Origin: Nemertoderma westbladi
Lineage: Eukaryota; Animalia; Xenacoelomorpha
Assembly: GCA_032718475.1 (NCBI GenBank)
Contig: JAUCBJ010003977.1
Span: 1-44,632, forward strand
Length of the DNA: 44,632 nucleotides
Direction: 5' to 3'
Under the pieces are notes generated by a model, which saw only the letters and a list, made by a program, of their open reading frames with translations, searched no databases and was not told the DNA's origin. This document shows positions 40,201 through 44,632 of this stretch, one piece after another. The position numbers and the translations under genes are program-made. Every line of letters begins with the position of its first letter. Within the stretch, counting starts at the first letter, position 1.

Positions 40201-43200
40201 TTAGTGTGGATAATATACCGTCCAGGAGAGCCCCTAAGAGTTCTACTAGGTTAGTGGATAATATACCGTCCAGGAGAGCCCCTAAGAGTTCTACTAGGTT
40301 AGTGTGGATAATATACCGTCCAGGAGAGCCCCTAAGAGTTCTACTAGGTTAGTGGGATAATATACCGTCCAGGAGAGCCCCTAAGAGTTCTACTAGGTTA
40401 GTGTGGATAATATACCGTCCAGGAGAGCCCCTAAGAGTTCTACTAGGTTAGTGTGGATAATATACCGTCCAGGAGAGCCCCTAAGAGTTCTACTAGGTTA
40501 GTGTGGATAATATACCGTCCAGGAGAGCCCCTAAGAGTTCTACTAGGTTAGTGTGGATAATATACCGTCCAGGAGAGCCCCTAAGAGTTCTACTAGGTTA
40601 GTGGATAATATACCGTCCAGGAGAGCCCCTAAGAGTTCTACTAGGTTAGTGTGGATAATATACCGTCCAGGAGAGCCCCTAAGAGTTCTACTAGGTTAGT
40701 GTGGATAATATACCGTCCAGGAGAGCCCCTAAGAGTTCTACTAGGTTAGTGGGATAATATACCGTCCAGGAGAGCCCCTAAGAGTTCTACTAGGTTAGTG
40801 GATAATATACCGTCCAGGAGAGCCCCTAAGAGTTCTACTAGGTTAGTGTGGATAATATACCGTCCAGGAGAGCCCCTAAGAGTTCTACTAGGTTAGTGGA
40901 TAATATACCGTCCAGGAGAGCCCCTAAGAGTTCTACTAGGTTAGTGTGGATAATATACCGTCCAGGAGAGCCCCTAAGAGTTCTACTAGGTTAGTGGATA
41001 ATATACCGTCCAGGAGAGCCCCTAAGAGTTCTACTAGGTTAGTGTGGATAATATACCGTCCAGGAGAGCCCCTAAGAGTTCTACTAGGTTAGTGGATAAT
41101 ATACCGTCCAGGAGAGCCCCTAAGAGTTCTACTAGGTTAGTGTGGATAATATACCGTCCAGGAGAGCCCCTAAGAGTTCTACTAGGTTAGTGGATAATAT
41201 ACCGTCCAGGAGAGCCCCTAAGAGTTCTACTAGGTTAGTGTGGATAATATACCGTCCAGGAGAGCCCCTAAGAGTTCTACTAGGTTAGTGGATAATATAC
41301 CGTCCAGGAGAGCCCCTAAGAGTTCTACTAGGTTAGTGTGGATAATATACCGTCCAGGAGAGCCCCTAAGAGTTCTACTAGGTTAGTGGATAATATACCG
41401 TCCAGGAGAGCCCCTAAGAGTTCTACTAGGTTAGTGTGGATAATATACCGTCCAGGAGAGCCCCTAAGAGTTCTACTAGGTTAGTGGATAATATACCGTC
41501 CAGGAGAGCCCCTAAGAGTTCTACTAGGTTAGTGTGGATAATATACCGTCCAGGAGAGCCCCTAAGAGTTCTACTAGGTTAGTGTGGATAATATACCGTC
41601 CAGGAGAGCCCCTAAGAGTTCTACTAGGTTAGTGTGATAATATACCGTCCAGGAGAGCCCCTAAGAGTTCTACTAGGTTAGTGTGGATAATATACCGTCC
41701 AGGAGAGCCCCTAAGAGTTCTACTAGGTTAGTGTGGATAATATACCGTCCAGGAGAGCCCCTAAGAGTTCTACTAGGTTAGTGTGGATAATATACCGTCC
41801 AGGAGAGCCCCTAAGAGTTCTACTAGGTTAGTGTGGATAATATACCGTCCAGGAGAGCCCCTAAGAGTTCTACTAGGTTAGTGGATAATATACCGTCCAG
41901 GAGAGCCCCTAAGAGTTCTACTAGGTTAGTGGGATAATATACCGTCCAGGAGAGCCCCTAAGAGTTCTACTAGGTTAGTGTGGATAATATACCGTCCAGG
42001 AGAGCCCCTAAGAGTTCTACTAGGTTAGTGGATAATATACCGTCCAGGAGAGCCCCTAAGAGTTCTACTAGGTTAGTGTGGATAATATACCGTCCAGGAG
42101 AGCCCCTAAGAGTTCTACTAGGTTAGTGTGGATAATATACCGTCCAGGAGAGCCCCTAAGAGTTCTACTAGGTTAGTGTGGATAATATACCGTCCAGGAG
42201 AGCCCCTAAGAGTTCTACTAGGTTAGTGTGGATAATATACCGTCCAGGAGAGCCCCTAAGAGTTCTACTAGGTTAGTGTGGATAATATACCGTCCAGGAG
42301 AGCCCCTAAGAGTTCTACTAGGTTAGTGGATAATATACCGTCCAGGAGAGCCCCTAAGAGTTCTACTAGGTTAGTGTGGATAATATACCGTCCAGGAGAG
42401 CCCCTAAGAGTTCTACTAGGTTAGTGGATAATATACCGTCCAGGAGAGCCCCTAAGAGTTCTACTAGGTTAGTGTGGATAATATACCGTCCAGGAGAGCC
42501 CCTAAGAGTTCTACTAGGTTAGTGTGGATAATATACCGTCCAGGAGAGCCCCTAAGAGTTCTACTAGGTTAGTGTGGATAATATACCGTCCAGGAGAGCC
42601 CCTAAGAGTTCTACTAGGTTAGTGGATAATATACCGTCCAGGAGAGCCCCTAAGAGTTCTACTAGGTTAGTGTGGATAATATACCGTCCAGGAGAGCCCC
42701 TAAGAGTTCTACTAGGTTAGTGGGATAATATACCGTCCAGGAGAGCCCCTAAGAGTTCTACTAGGTTAGTGTGGATAATATACCGTCCAGGAGAGCCCCT
42801 AAGAGTTCTACTAGGTTAGTGGATAATATACCGTCCAGGAGAGCCCCTAAGAGTTCTACTAGGTTAGTGTGGATAATATACCGTCCAGGAGAGCCCCTAA
42901 GAGTTCTACTAGGTTAGTGTGGATAATATACCGTCCAGGAGAGCCCCTAAGAGTTCTACTAGGTTAGTGGGATAATATACCGTCCAGGAGAGCCCCTAAG
43001 AGTTCTACTAGGTTAGTGTGGATAATATACCGTCCAGGAGAGCCCCTAAGAGTTCTACTAGGTTAGTGGATAATATACCGTCCAGGAGAGCCCCTAAGAG
43101 TTCTACTAGGTTAGTGTGGATAATATACCGTCCAGGAGAGCCCCTAAGAGTTCTACTAGGTTAGTGTGGATAATATACCGTCCAGGAGAGCCCCTAAGAG

Positions 43201-44632
43201 TTCTACTAGGTTAGTGGATAATATACCGTCCAGGAGAGCCCCTAAGAGTTCTACTAGGTTAGTGTGGATAATATACCGTCCAGGAGAGCCCCTAAGAGTT
43301 CTACTAGGTTAGTGGATAATATACCGTCCAGGAGAGCCCCTAAGAGTTCTACTAGGTTAGTGTGGATAATATACCGTCCAGGAGAGCCCCTAAGAGTTCT
43401 ACTAGGTTAGTGTGGATAATATACCGTCCAGGAGAGCCCCTAAGAGTTCTACTAGGTTAGTGGATAATATACCGTCCAGGAGAGCCCCTAAGAGTTCTAC
43501 TAGGTTAGTGTGGATAATATACCGTCCAGGAGAGCCCCTAAGAGTTCTACTAGGTTAGTGGATAATATACCGTCCAGGAGAGCCCCTAAGAGTTCTACTA
43601 GGTTAGTGTGGATAATATACCGTCCAGGAGAGCCCCTAAGAGTTCTACTAGGTTAGTGTGGATAATATACCGTCCAGGAGAGCCCCTAAGAGTTCTACTA
43701 GGTTAGTGGATAATATACCGTCCAGGAGAGCCCCTAAGAGTTCTACTAGGTTAGTGGATAATATACCGTCCAGGAGAGCCCCTAAGAGTTCTACTAGGTT
43801 AGTGGATAATATACCGTCCAGGAGAGCCCCTAAGAGTTCTACTAGGTTAGTGTGGATAATATACCGTCCAGGAGAGCCCCTAAGAGTTCTACTAGGTTAG
43901 TGGATAATATACCGTCCAGGAGAGCCCCTAAGAGTTCTACTAGGTTAGTGGATAATATACCGTCCAGGAGAGCCCCTAAGAGTTCTACTAGGTTAGTGGA
44001 TAATATACCGTCCAGGAGAGCCCCTAAGAGTTCTACTAGGTTAGTGGATAATATACCGTCCAGGAGAGCCCCTAAGAGTTCTACTAGGTTAGTGGATAAT
44101 ATACCGTCCAGGAGAGCCCCTAAGAGTTCTACTAGGTTAGTGTGGATAATATACCGTCCAGGAGAGCCCCTAAGAGTTCTACTAGGTTAGTGGATAATAT
44201 ACCGTCCAGGAGAGCCCCTAAGAGTTCTACTAGGTTAGTGTGGATAATATACCGTCCAGGAGAGCCCCTAAGAGTTCTACTAGGTTAGTGGATAATATAC
44301 CGTCCAGGAGAGCCCCTAAGAGTTCTACTAGGTTAGTGGATAATATACCGTCCAGGAGAGCCCCTAAGAGTTCTACTAGGTTAGTGTGGATAATATACCG
44401 TCCAGGAGAGCCCCTAAGAGTTCTACTAGGTTAGTGGATAATATACCGTCCAGGAGAGCCCCTAAGAGTTCTACTAGGTTAGTGTGATAATATACCGTCC
44501 AGGAGAGCCCCTAAGAGTTCTACTAGGTTAGTGTGGATAATATACCGTCCAGGAGAGCCCCTAAGAGTTCTACTAGGTTAGTGTGATAATATACCGTCCA
44601 GGAGAGCCCCTAAGAGTTCTACTAGGTTAGTG
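37161..44632 (+). repeat. 48/49/50-bp tandem array GATAATATACCGTCCAGGAGAGCCCCTAAGAGTTCTACTAG-GTTAGTG(TG), ~150 copies, running off the window end
   Basis: Near-perfect units whose length variation lies only in the GTTAGTG(TG) junction. The first unit overlaps the last 41 nt of the exon and its donor site. Confidence 0.99.

Noticed and set aside
37256-44434. Stand-alone MDNIPSRRAPKSSTRLV ORFs
   Set aside because: They start at GTG within runs of 48-bp units and are not independent genes.

Overview
Eukaryotic (most likely invertebrate animal) genomic DNA, about 87% tandem repeat. It is part of an intron-rich + strand gene. Two exons with canonical splice sites (29089-29181 and 36987-37201) join in frame and encode a peptide resembling the splicing factor RBM25/Snu71 (KRGLIVGEIVKFRESYK followed by an Arg/Glu/Asp-rich tract); this assignment is from recalled sequence and needs a search. 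The introns hold a ~29 kb 31-bp satellite, a decayed antisense APE-type LINE with a tRNA-derived SINE nested in its 3' UTR, a 13-bp array that matches the SINE's flanking direct repeat, and a compound TGTAACTA minisatellite. The most striking structure is a ~150-copy 48/49/50-bp array built from the last 41 nt of the second exon plus its 5' splice site (AG|GTTAGT). It places ~150 identical donor sites, each preceded by a potential frame-preserving 24-nt microexon, inside a gene whose probable product helps choose 5' splice sites. There are no prokaryotic features and no CRISPR array.
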